Shown here piece by piece: positions 26,561-37,745 of a DNA stretch of 64,000 nucleotides. This DNA is from Octopus bimaculoides (lineage: Eukaryota): assembly GCF_001194135.2 (NCBI RefSeq), contig NC_068991.1:960327-1024326 (forward strand), in the 5' to 3' direction. The position numbers and the translations under genes were made by a program. Position 1 is the stretch's first letter; each line of letters starts with the position of its first letter. The notes beneath the pieces are model-generated. The model was not told the DNA's origin. It saw only the letters and a program-made list of their open reading frames with translations, and searched no databases.

Positions 26561-28163
26561 CATATATACATATGTGTATGTTTATGCACTACAAAGACAC
26601 AACTGTGTATATACATCTATATGTACAGGGCGTCCACAAGGTCTGGGTACATGGAGTAAATAAAATCATAACATAAACAATTAAATATAATAAATAATAA
26701 TTTCTTAAAGTATGCGTTAATCCCCATCAACCCAGACTTTGTGGACACCCTATACATCTATACACAGCATATATATAGCATTATAAATAGTATTCCTTCT
26801 GTGCCCATGTTTAGACAAGAGTCTAAGATGACTTGAAAAGGTCACAAATTATTGTCCTTTTACTCTTGACCATGTTATGAACGGTATATCTGACCAGTTA
26901 ACACTCACTGACCAGGTCCAGTGACAGATTTGCTGTGTCAGTGTATCTTTGTGACAGAGGCTGTCATAAGAAATAGAGAACAGTTACCAAGGAATTCACT
27001 GATACAGCGAGACCCATCGATGGATTCTTATCCTATCACTGCACTGAGCTTAGATCAAAGATACTTAATTTTCAATGGCTCAATTCAGCTAGCTGCAAAT
27101 AGGTACCATGGGGTTGTACAGCTCATTGAGTATTAAAGATGGTGCCACCCACATCAGACTGAGGAATGCAATGCTGTGTTCAAAGCATTTCCGTGGCACT
27201 GTGCCATGATTGAAAATAGGGATTCTCTCAATTGTATTATGATTGGCACCACATTAACACTTATTCAACACTGCAAAGTTTACTGATGTCACAACAACAA
27301 CAACAACACACACAATCAGAACGTATTTGTGGTGGTGGTATGGCTGTTGTAGCATGGCCTGTACCATGATGAAGTAAATATGAAGAATGTTGTTGTTATT
27401 GCTGTTGTTTCTATAACAGGGCCAGAGGTGGAATAGAAGCTGAGAAGATAGAACGACAGATTTGGATTGATAAAGAAAACAAACGAATTCAAGACAGTGT
27501 GGATGGTGGGTTGATTATTACTATTACTATTATTATTACTATTATTTTTATTATTATTATCTTATTTAAAAACTCCTAAATTTTATTTCACAATATATTT
27601 CTGTTCTTGAATTTTTTGAGCATTATCTGTAGCGAGTGTGTGTGTGAATTGTGTGTAGCAGAGGTGACACCATGTGTAACCATAACAAGTAAACGATGTT
27701 GTGTTTACGATGTCTGTTTGTAGCTCTGTTGAAGATTCGGCAAAAGAGTGAGGCCAAAAAGATTCAGAAGAAATTGGATGAGAAATGGCTGGAACGAGGA
27801 GATGCAGAAAGAAACCAAAGAGAAGTTGTTATCGAGGAAAGTATTGACTGGTTGTATGGGACATACAAGACTAAATGGATTGATGTGGAGAAAGGAGGGA
27901 ACGGAGATGAAGAGAAAATAGAGGGGGAAGAAGGACTTGCAAGAAATACAACGAAGCTGAAGGAAGAAGAGGGAATATGTGTAGAAGAGAAAACAGACAG
28001 CGTTGCAGAAGAACAGACGGATGAAAGTGTTACGGAGGAGAAAAATATGGAAGAAGAACAAGATGAAAATGTGGAAGAGAAGAGTGCGAAGGTAAATATA
28101 AAGAAGTTTCCGTTTTCATCATAATTTGTAGGAAAAGTCAACAGAAATGCTTGTCTGTCTGTG

Positions 28164-28198
<35 letters not shown>

Positions 28199-31100
28199 TA
28201 TGTCTGTGTGACTCATAAGGTTTGTTGTTGTTTATTTGATTTGGTTTACATAATAATATTTAACATGATGACACAGAAATTGAGGACAATACGTCCTGAC
28301 ACCAGGCAACTTGTCAATGTTCCAATGCACTGCGTGCGCACGCGTGTGTGCATGCACCTACTTGGATATAGAGTCCCTTACTCTCTGCAAGTATGTATAA
28401 GATCATCTGATCACATGATCGACCAGACTATCAGATGTTGTTATACATCACTGGTCAGAATGCATTTGGCATTGTTTTAGTGTTTGAATGATGCCACTCT
28501 GCTAATTAGACTAATTAGGCAAGCAGGCCAACATTCCCCCTAATCGGAAGGCTATTCTGTCGCTGGGTTACCCATTTACAGCTGAGTGGACTGAGCAACA
28601 TGAAATGAAGTGTTTTGCTCAAGAACACAACACATCACTTGGTCCAAGAATCACTGGATTGTGAGTGCACTGACCACTGACCACTGAGTCACATGCATTC
28701 ACCATCCATCTGTCTGTCTATATTTGAACAAAATAACGGCCTTTATGAATACACTTAGGCAAAAAGATTACTCTAAACACACACACACACAAACAGCATC
28801 ATCATCATCATCTTTTAACATCCATTCTCCATGTTGGCATGGGTTGCACAGCTTGACAGAGTCTGGCAAGGCTGGAGAGCTGCCCAGGTTCCAATTGCCT
28901 TGTTTTGCCATGGTTTCTGCAGCTGGAGGCCCTTTCTAACATGCCAACCACTTTACAGCCTGGGGGGGCTTTTTAAGTGTCACTCGCATGCTCACTGTAT
29001 ATGTGGCAGTGACACGGGTACTTCCTGTATAGCCATACTTCGGTCCCCTCCTTCAGTGCGATACCTTACTCAGTTGAGAGGGGGTTTTGTCTTGAGAGTG
29101 TTGGCCACTTCACCAGTGCTGGTGCTATTGAAAATGTACCCAGTACATTCTATGAAGTGGCTGGCAGTGGAGCTTGGCACAACATTCTGGCTTGTCGGTT
29201 CCTTCCAAACGGTCCAACTCATGCCAGCATCGGAAAAAGGACGTTGAATAATGATAACGATGATGTGTGTGTGTAAATAGTGATTTGGAGCCGGTCCATA
29301 TGAAATATTGTGTTACAAAGTGAAGATTATATTTCCAAGTGTCATCTGGTGGAGAAATGTCTTGCCAATAATTGATCTGTTTGTTTCCATTTATAGACGA
29401 CATCATTCAAGGAGGAGGAGGAGGAGGTGAAGGAAGAAGAAGCAACGGAAGTAATTGATCTGAGAGGATCTTTGATGAAGACGGCATCAGCAACGGCAAC
29501 AGCAGACACATCAACTATTTTCAGTTCCACGGGTGAGACACACTTGTCTTCCTTTTGGTGATGATGTCTCACATCTGCGTGTGTGATTCTGCTAACACAC
29601 ACACACACATACTTACATACATACATACAAACATGCTTACATAAACATGCATAGACACATAAACAAATGTACACACACATACATTTGTCCATCTGATTCC
29701 AGCATGGAACAGGGACATTAGATGACGACGATGGTGATGATGGTGATAACAAACACACATACACTAACAAATCCACACATACGCACACACACACACGCAC
29801 ACACACATGCATGCATGCACGTACACACACACAGACACACTTGTTTAGCCTGACATGTGACCATATTTCTCACAAAATACACATTTTAGGCTTTAATTGA
29901 ATTTGAAAATCATCATACATTTTGTGGGATTTATAAAATAATTAATTTCCGTAAAATGATATGTCTATAAGTGGTATTTGGAACATAAATGCAGCATAAT
30001 TTCTTGCATTTAATTTTTGGAAGTTTTTTTCTTGAATACATTAAAAGAAGACAAGTGATTTTAAGTAGAGGGGTAGATGCAGGTACAGGATGGGTTAATC
30101 TGGCAGATACAGCCCCAAGACTTGTACCATGTCAGCATCATTCATTAACCATTCCTCTATGTTGTTTAGAATTCAGCAGACCAATAACATGTTTCCTTGT
30201 TTTGATTTTGATAGTTTGTGATCAAGTGACACCCTCCACGGAGAAAAGCCATTCTATTTTGAGAATTACCGAAATTAATGGTAAGTAGTTGAATTCACAA
30301 ACTGAAGATGATTGGTCTCTCATTTCAGGGGAGATTGATCTGTGATCCACATCTGAAAGTAAGGAATTTGAATGAATGAAATTCTTAATTGTTAACGTTT
30401 GTTTCTAGAAGACATCTACCGAGTTATCGTCTGTTAGTGAAGATTCTCATTGGTGACCTTTAAAGGTCACCTCAAGTAATCCAGACTTTTAAAGAGTCTT
30501 TCTAACACAACTCATCTCGTTCCTAGTTGTAGTTTACCAATTCCAAGACAGATTGTGTTCTGGTGGCACATTAATATATCACTGATTCTCCATCCTGACT
30601 GAATGGTCAAATGGACAAGTAATATCTTAATTAGCACAAATTAATTGTAATTACAATTAAGTTCTGTTTTACTATCACAATGACCAAACACTTGCGTATT
30701 GCATTAGCATTGTCACACGATAGTATGTATTGGTATTTATCAAATCTGTATTCTTAATCAACACTATGTATTGTTACAGATCAATATGTATTGTTACAGA
30801 TCAATATGTATTGTTACAGATCAATATGTATCTTTATATATCATTGCGTATATCGTTACATCTCGAATTTGTATTTGTATTTCTACTCAGGTGAAGACAG
30901 CTCATCAGACAGTGAATGTAATGAAGGTGCAGAGGTGAGTGGAACTTGGTGGTGGTGGTGGTAGGGACACATGTTTATGACAAGGGGTCACCACAACTCC
31001 TAATAATAGCATACAGGGAATAAAACAGAAAATCATTGGTTGACAGTCACAACCATTTACAGAGTTTTCCACAAACCACGAGAAGAATAAACATAGAAAC

Positions 31101-31524
31101 TGTACTTGTAATGAAATAGAAACCAGAAATCAACAAAAGGGAAATACTATATGTAGAATAAGTGATGGAATCTGCTAGGACTTAACTGTTGTTAAGCCTG
31201 ACCAAAGCAATTTAAATGGCTTCGATTGACAGAAACTATATGGAAGACCATCTGACGTGTGTGTGTGTATGTGTGTGTGTAAAGGCTGGTATTCCACAAT
31301 TTCGCTCATCATTCTCTCAGCCAAAATGGAAGCATGATGTTTGGACATTCTTTGTCAACATAATGACTGGTTGTTGCTCTCTGCTTTCCCAGGCTTGTTG
31401 AATAAAACAATTCCCAGCTTGAAAAACAGCTAAAGGTTGGCCCCAGGAAGGGGTTAAATTGGGTTAAAGAGTCCTCTTCTCTTTGCAACAATCTGATTTA
31501 AATAATACACACACACGCGTGCAC

Positions 31525-31558
<34 letters not shown>

Positions 31559-32887
31559 CTTGTTTCTTTCTGTGTTCCTTTCTGTAGAAGAGCATAGGCT
31601 CGAAACATTAAAGACTTTTTCACTTCCCGAGTGTTATACTAATACATCTGTTTGTTTTCTACACCACCTGCCTTCATCTGTTGTTTTTTTTTTTTGTGAA
31701 TTCTCCCTATAATATATATAATATATAATATAATATATATATATATTATATAATATATCGAATTAATATATAAATATATATATATCATATGTATATCATG
31801 ATGTAGTTCCGACCTTGTTATTTTTGTGATTTTCCTTGTAGGACATCCCTGTTCTTGAAGACATTGACACTGATATGGCTTCTCTGGAGAAAAATGGGAG
31901 TTTATCAAATAAGGTGGAGGTAAGGTTTCTAATTAGAAACATAGAATCATCATCACCATCACCACCATCATTTTACATCTGCTTTTCCATGCTGACTTGG
32001 GTTGGACAGGATTTTTTGAGGCAATTCTTTCATTCATCTCTTACAATACAGAAGGAGGATGCAGTTGCACCTATTCTAAAAAAATGCCCAACATATAGAC
32101 TTCATTAACACACACTCAGACATTGTTTGTTCATTTTAAAGTCCATTTTTGCCATTGCTTGCATGGGTTAGAGGAATATATTATTGAGGCATTACTTTAC
32201 AGCTGGATGCTCTTCCTGTGGCTTAGCTTTGCCTGTTTCTCAAGTGAGGATCTCTTATTCTTCGTAGCTTTGAAGGTACATTGAAGAGCATTGGCCGTAG
32301 AAACTCTTGTGCCTTTACAGATTCTGTAATTCTGCCTGATCCTAGCATGCACGCATGCATGCACACACGCACGCACACACGCATGCACGCACACACGCAT
32401 GCACTTATCAGGTCATTAAGAATGAAAAGTTTGATTTGAAACTGAAAGTTTATTTTTCTTTATCTCATCAAAAAGCAATGCAGTTAATCAAAGTAGGCAC
32501 CTAAATTATCAACACAATTTAGCCATTTTATTGGGAACTTATTTATGGCGCCAGCAAAGAATTCTGGAGAGCCAGAGGTGAAGAAATCACGAAATGCTGT
32601 TTCCGCATCTTCTTCAGATTTAAAGTTGTCTAATGCCTGGCAAACCTGGTAGTCAGTTGGTGCAAGGTCTGGTGCAAGGTCTGGTGCAAGGTCTGGTGAG
32701 TGGCAGAGTGCTTCCGAGTTCAGTTCCTGTAACATGAGTAATGTTCTTTGTGCATTAATACATCTGTTTGTTGTTTACACATCCATCTTCATCTTTTGTT
32801 TTTTTTTTGTAAATTCTCACTATNNNNNNNNNNNNNNNNNNNNNNNNNNNNNNNNNNNNNNNNNNNNNNNNNNNNNNNNNNNNNNNN

Positions 32888-32920
<33 letters not shown>

Positions 32921-34017
32921 AATCTTATCTGTTTGCTATTTTGCAGGAAATATATAAACCAATAAAGATATGTTTGGTTGAAGAAATGGCGCCATTGAAA
33001 GATATTACTGCTACTACTACTACAACTACGACTATTAATACCAGTTCTACTACTAGTACTACTACTACTGCTGCTGCTGCTGGCATGTTTAGTAATAACA
33101 ATAGCAGTGATGGTGGCAGGGCGTTGGTGGAAGAGATTAATGAGGGAGTAGATGAGAGCAGCAGGGTTAACGGTCAGTCGAGGTGTAACCCTTACAGAGT
33201 ATTGATCCAAGATATTACTGGTATTGGCAAAAGTCAAAGTAATGAGGTCATTGAGATCAATCAGATTACTGATCTGGATGAAGTAAATGAAATTGATGAG
33301 ATCAATGAAATCAGTGAGGTCGTTACAGGTGATGGTCATTTAAACGAAGGCATCAGTGGTGCTGGTCACAGCGAAATGGATGGAGTAGCTGGACACTACA
33401 ATTGTCGTAGTAGTAGTAGCAGCAGCAGTAGCTGTAGCAGCAGCAGTAGTAGCAGCGGTAGTAGTAGTAGTGGTCGATGCAGTCCTCTTACTTTAGACAT
33501 TATCGATGCTGAGGACGTAGACAATAACGATGATATCACCGGTCAGTGTAAAGGTCAGTGTTTGGAACCTGCCATGGACAATCTTGGTTGCAGTGACCCT
33601 TGTGATGTGGCAGCTACATCTGGGGGTTTAAAAGATGAAAAAGGGATTATGGGGAAACCAGATGCAGAGGACAGTGTCTGTGGAAAACATAGGCAGCATT
33701 GCTTTGGTAAGACAGAATTTGCCAGTTCTTGCAGCGTACGTGAAACGAAATCGGCCACCATTCTGAGTATGAGCTGTGAGGAGATGCATGGTGGTCAATG
33801 TTCTCATAGTGGACGAAAGAGTGAGAAGAGTTTAAACCTGAGTTCCGATGGCACTGAACTAACAGAACGATGGGTTTACCCTGCTGCTACTTTCTACTCA
33901 AAGAATCTCCAGAAACAACCGGAAGATTCTTTAAGTAACACACAGGATGAGAAGGACAAATCAATTAGAGAAAACGAAGAATGCTGTGGTGATTCTAAAG
34001 AAGAAAATTTGGTTTGA
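18938..34017 (+). CDS. DNAAF1: Dynein axonemal assembly factor 1 (LRRC50/ODA7), 15 coding exons, 1298 aa
   Basis: join(18938-19148,20050-21174,22053-22140,22962-23053,23789-24010,24907-25076,25783-25857,26364-26428,27420-27505,27724-28091,29397-29532,30215-30280,30891-30934,31842-31919,32947-34017) = 3897 nt, all GT-AG and in frame. Diagnostic motifs: [34 protein letters not shown], six SDS22-like LRRs, LRRcap [22 protein letters not shown]. The LRR core is near-certain; the low-complexity exons are less so. Confidence 0.93.
19676..19907. mobile_element. hAT-like MITE spanning an N gap
   Basis: tagtggctccaaacct ... agggttggaaaccactg termini. Confidence 0.55.
20050..21174 (+). CDS. DNAAF1: DNAAF1 exon 2, decapeptide-repeat exon (375 codons, phase 1-1)
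   Basis: tttcag|AT; stop-free for 1125 nt; donor G|GTAATT; phases match both neighbours. Confidence 0.75.
22053..22140 (+). CDS. DNAAF1: DNAAF1 exon 3 (...EKVDDRWPR)
   Basis: tgtag|TT; AG|GTAAGA; ends in the conserved xPR that precedes the LRR N-cap. Confidence 0.85.
22962..23053 (+). CDS. DNAAF1: DNAAF1 exon 4 ([31 protein letters not shown])
   Basis: cacag|A; G|GTGAGT; signature DNAAF1 N-cap. Confidence 0.95.
23789..24010 (+). CDS. DNAAF1: DNAAF1 exon 5 (LRRs: [20 protein letters not shown]...)
   Basis: tgcag|GT; T|GTGAGT; KIENLE repeats. Confidence 0.95.
24907..25076 (+). CDS. DNAAF1: DNAAF1 exon 6 ([16 protein letters not shown]...VLDLSHNRL...MPSL)
   Basis: tgcag|CC; TTG|GTTCGT. Confidence 0.93.
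25783..25857 (+). CDS. DNAAF1: DNAAF1 exon 7 ([25 protein letters not shown])
   Basis: tttcag|GGA; ATT|GTAAGC; LRRcap GNP..NYR. Confidence 0.93.
26364..26428 (+). CDS. DNAAF1: DNAAF1 exon 8 ([22 protein letters not shown])
   Basis: ggcag|AAA; TG|GTAGGT. Confidence 0.95.
26626..26752. mobile_element. 127-bp Tc1/mariner-type MITE
   Basis: 23-bp TIRs cagggcgtccacaaggtctgggt / acccagactttgtggacacccta, flanked by TA on both sides. Confidence 0.8.
27420..27505 (+). CDS. DNAAF1: DNAAF1 exon 9 ([28 protein letters not shown])
   Basis: aacag|G; G|GTGGGT; matches the conserved post-LRR helix. Confidence 0.92.
27724..28091 (+). CDS. DNAAF1: DNAAF1 exon 10 (ALLKIRQK... acidic coiled coil)
   Basis: ttgtag|CT; AAG|GTAAAT. 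Confidence 0.88.
29397..29532 (+). CDS. DNAAF1: DNAAF1 exon 11 ([10 protein letters not shown]...TIFSST)
   Basis: ttatag|ACG; G|GTGAGA; phase 0 to 1. Confidence 0.7.
30215..30280 (+). CDS. DNAAF1: DNAAF1 exon 12 ([21 protein letters not shown])
   Basis: ttgatag|TT; G|GTAAGT; phase 1-1. Confidence 0.65.
30765..30830. repeat. Minisatellite, 3 x 20 bp (tatgtattgttacagatcaa)
   Basis: Three perfect copies plus a partial one. Confidence 0.95.
30891..30934 (+). CDS. DNAAF1: DNAAF1 exon 13 ([15 protein letters not shown])
   Basis: ctcag|GT; GAG|GTGAGT. Confidence 0.72.
31578..31613 (+). ncRNA. Minimal hammerhead-like motif (A6U variant) inside a Penelope-type terminal repeat
   Basis: cuuu CUGUAGA a GAGC-auag-GCUC GAAAC AUU aaag. 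Helices I and II are perfect; the core has a substitution. Confidence 0.45.
31842..31919 (+). CDS. DNAAF1: DNAAF1 exon 14 ([11 protein letters not shown]...)
   Basis: ttgtag|GAC; GAG|GTAAGG. Confidence 0.75.
32405..32740 (-). mobile_element. Mariner transposon 3' relic
   Basis: SPDLAP(x3)TDY...[12 protein letters not shown]-terminus; TIR-like tatcaggtc at ~32407. Confidence 0.85.
32947..34017 (+). CDS. DNAAF1: DNAAF1 terminal exon (acidic, poly-T/poly-S, 356 aa)
   Basis: ttgcag|GAA; long stop-free frame to TGA at 34015-34017. Confidence 0.78.
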   Translation, partial: EIYKPIKICLVEEMAPLKDITATTTTTTTINTSSTTSTTTTAAAAGMFSNNNSSDGGRALVEEINEGVDESSRVNGQSRCNPYRVLIQDITGIGKSQSNEVIEINQITDLDEVNEIDEINEISEVVTGDGHLNEGISGAGHSEMDGVAGHYNCRSSSSSSSSCSSSSSSSGSSSSGRCSPLTLDIIDAEDVDNNDDITGQCKGQCLEPAMDNLGCSDPCDVAATSGGLKDEKGIMGKPDAEDSVCGKHRQHCFGKTEFASSCSVRETKSATILSMSCEEMHGGQCSHSGRKSEKSLNLSSDGTELTERWVYPAATFYSKNLQKQPEDSLSNTQDEKDKSIRENEECCGDSKEENLV

Positions 34018-34095
34018 AAATCGTGGAACCAGATGAGAAGAAAGGAGAAGAACAAGAACAACAACAATAAAAGTATCTGTTTGTCTGTCCTGTAG

Positions 34096-34128
<33 letters not shown>

Positions 34129-34205
34129 CACACACACACATACACACATACACACGTACACAGTTTGAGTAGTGTCTCTGTCTGTTTGTCTGTCTGTCTC
34201 ACTCA

Positions 34206-34252
<47 letters not shown>

Positions 34253-35205
34253 ATACACACATATGCATACAAATATATCATATATTCATATATGTATGTG
34301 TGTGTATATATGTGTATATATAAATATAAATATATATATATACATATATATATACATACATATATATGTACATACATACACATGTGTGTGTGTGTATGTG
34401 TATGTATATGTATGATTTTATTACATACACATCACTAATCAATCATACAGAGTTCCCTATTTTCGTTCACATGATTTCATTTACAGAAAAAATATCTTAA
34501 AAACGTGTCTGGGTCCTCAGTCCAAAGCATTCACAAATAAAGTTGGTTGTGTATTTGTTTAACTGAAAAAGGAAGCAAATAATGACGAACAGACAGACAT
34601 GTTTCACAGAACTATTAAAGCATGAAAAGGGTTAATATTTTCTTCCAGAACATTCCAACAATAAAAGATATGAAGGAAAGATATGGAAATTGGTTAAAAT
34701 TGTGGAGAAATATTGTAAAAACAAAGAATAAATACAAAGCTGATGAGTTACAAGTGTGTCCGTGAGGTTGAGGTACAAGCTTAGATTAGTGACAAGAAAG
34801 TCCTCATTTCAAATCTTACCAAAGTCATCGTTATTGTGTCTTTGAGTAATGGAGGCAACACATTACTCTTCTTGGAGCTTCTGCTTCATGCTCTCTTTGT
34901 GTTGCTAAGAATAATAGTTAAATTCCCTTCAAACCACACCTATTTTTGAAGAGGAAGGACACAGATAATATAATGTTATGGTATATGTTTAGAATAATGT
35001 AATAGGATAGACATATTTGATGCTGGGTCTGTTGGGTCAGGGCTGACTTGGGGCTAAATACCTGTCCCATGGTAACCACACCGCTCCTCCGACCAAAGGT
35101 AACTCATGAAGATACCACTTTTGCCATTTGCCTATCTTCTCCAACTCCACACCTATGGCTGTGCAAAATAATGGAAGGTTTTTTTGCTACACACACACAC
35201 ACACA

Positions 35206-35245
<40 letters not shown>

Positions 35246-35724
35246 CACGTACGTACATGTGTGTAAAGTAGTAGCAGCAGTGGGACTATTGTGAAATTGA
35301 TGACTGTTTCTAGAGTGAACCAGTCAATAATTGAACTTGTGCTTGGTAGAGCATCAAAACAAAATGCCTTGTGGTAATTAGTTACAACCCTTTACATTCT
35401 GAAGTTGATTTTGCCCTTCATCCTCCCGGGGCCACTAAAACTGAATACCAGTCATGGAGGGGGGGACTTCTCCTCCTTGCAAAAGAATCCTTTATGGCCT
35501 TGTTGTCTATCTTATTATTACAGTTTGATATTGTTAGTTATTTGTACCAATAATTTCATTAATTATAAAACACAAAATAATTAAAACTATTTTCTATTTC
35601 AATTTGTCTTTGTTTTATAACTGTTTCATTAAACACTTAATTGAATTATTATTATTATTATTATTATTACTGATACCCATCCAACCCATGCCAGCATGGA
35701 AAATGGACATTAAGTGATGATGAC

Positions 35725-36240
35725 GATGATGATTACTGTGATTTTTTTTTCTTTCCCTGGTTTATCCATGTCTCGTCTCAGCTCCATCCTGTAGCTTAGA
35801 GACAAAACAGTTTCCCCAAACACATGAGCTGTGCCAAGTATTGCTACCAACTGATTCCTATGAAGTTTGGTATTTGCAGCCTTTGATGTCACAATATTGC
35901 TTTCTTTGAGATGGGTTAGGCTGGGTTAGACATGCTCTTGAAGGAAATCTCTGTCTTAGACCGAAAAGAGGAAGGTGAGCTTAAAAGCAAACAAAACTAC
36001 AGGGCACTGAAAAGGAAGCATGATATTGAAAGAAAGGGCCTGAAAGTAGTAGTGGAGGAACTGAACCAGCACCTCGTTGCAAAGAAAGCAAAAATGGTCA
36101 CCACCAGAATAGGTTATTCAGGGTAGATCAGAAGAGATTCTATAAAGAAATAAATGGAGAGTGTACAGATGAAAAGTTGATGCCAAAGGTTTTGGAGTGA
36201 CATCTGGAGCTAGTTAAGTCCATGAGAGATGGTTATACTA
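35725..36240. mobile_element. Dong/R4 LINE fragments (3' end on minus at ~35725-35900; internal piece on plus at ~35930-36240)
   Basis: AILGTAHV motif on minus; RKGLKVVVEELNQ on plus. Confidence 0.65.
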
Positions 36241-36639
36241 TATCCATATAAACGTATAAATATTTGTATATGTGTATATATGCATATATGTGCATAAGGA
36301 ACATTAAAAAGCAAAAAGCTAACTGGAAATATTTTGAGTAAAGACAAAATTAAATTAGGGAAAAGACTTCATAATATTTTTGTAACTTCTGGAGATGAGA
36401 GAGAGAGAGAGAGAGTGAGAGTAAAAAGAAAGAGAAAAGGAAGAGAATGGAAGAAAAGAGTGAGAGAATACATTAAGAGTGAAGGAAGAAAGAGAAAATT
36501 GAGAGAAACAAATTAACAGAAAAGCAAGATAAAATATAAAGAGAGAGAGAGAGAGATAAAAGAAGTAGAGAAAAGAAAGAGAGAGAGAAAAGGGGAGAAA
36601 AAAGCGGAAATAGAGAGTGAGAGGCGGTAGTAATATCGA

Positions 36640-36721
36640 CCAATGAGAAGAAAGATAAGTCTTCAGTGCTGAACGTTCTGGCACGAAATTCAAACAACAA
36701 CAACTGTAAACCGAATGAGGT
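36640..36721 (+). promoter_or_regulatory. Candidate ARHGEF39 promoter and non-coding exon 1 (CCAAT box, inverted CHR)
   Basis: CCAAT at 36640-36644, TTCAAA at 36689-36694, donor GAG|GTATTT at 36719/36720. An acceptor at 38836 upstream of the ATG requires an upstream exon. Confidence 0.35.
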
Positions 36722-36807
36722 ATTTAAAAGTCTTTTGATTTATTTATGATGTCTTATATAGAAAGATATATCTATATCTTTCTATATATATATATATATG
36801 GCGATCC

Positions 36808-36842
<35 letters not shown>

Positions 36843-37386
36843 GTTTATATGTATGTGTAAATGTTTTAAATCCTTTGAAACTGATGTTTTTTTCTTTTGA
36901 GGTCAGTAAATTTAAATGACAGGACAAGTCACAGTGTCACACCTAAAAAGAAAAAAGAGAGAAAAACAACTGTTGTGGCCCCAGCCTGGCCGTGGTTTAA
37001 TGTCTAACGCTAAGATAAGAAATGAAGACGGTGTATAAAGTAGCAAAAGTATTAAAAAATGAGTGACGTTTTGTAAATCTTCTTGGTCTGGATTTTATAA
37101 AAGCTCTGAAGTTAATTTATTTCATTGATTACACACACACACAGACACAATACATACGTGTATATGGAGGCCTTTATTTCTGCTTCTCCATTTTTTGACA
37201 AAGTTCGTTAAAGATTGTTGAATCCCTCTTCCGGGATACGTGAAATAAAACCATGTTACTACACACACACACACATTCCTAGACACATTAACTATGACAA
37301 TTGTTAGTAGAACAAAAATATTGCACTTATATACATCATAAAGATACAATCTACACCATTTAAAAAAAGAAATTGTTAAAAAAAGT

Positions 37387-37745
37387 AGCGAGCTGGCAGA
37401 TAGCACGTCGGACGAAATGTTTAGCGTTATTTCGTCCGTCCTTACGTTCTGAGTTCAAATTCCGCCGAGGTCGACTTTACCTTTCATCGTTTCGTAGTCG
37501 ATAAAATAAATACCAGTTGAATACTAGGTCGATGTAATCGACTCATCCTCACCTCCCCCAAGCTACCCTTGTGGCAAAAATTTGAAATAATAATAATTAT
37601 TAATAAGGCGGCGAGTTTGCGGAATTTGCAATATTTTTCTCGGTTCTTTAATTCTAGGTTCAAATTTCGACCTTTCGACCTTTTCGAGGTCGATGAAATA
37701 AAGCACCAATCTGGTGCCGATGTAATCAAAGTTTGAGACTTTATT
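37387..37745 (+). mobile_element. Two tandem copies of SINE family A (ggcgagctggcaga...gtcgactttgcctttcatcctttcggggtcgataaaataagtaccag)
   Basis: B box gagttcaaattcc. The same family occurs at ~7848-7998(-), 9707-9873(-), 19445-19600(-), 39240-39570(+), 40955-41075(-), 55280-55385(+), 56641-56820(-). Confidence 0.8.

Noticed and set aside
30409-30452. Possible extra DNAAF1 exon ([14 protein letters not shown])
   Set aside because: In the required phase 1 it hits TAG, the donor is weak, and the model closes without it.
35063-35076. X-box-like TGTCCCATGGTAAC
   Set aside because: Two mismatches, adjacent to a repeat, and no associated exon.
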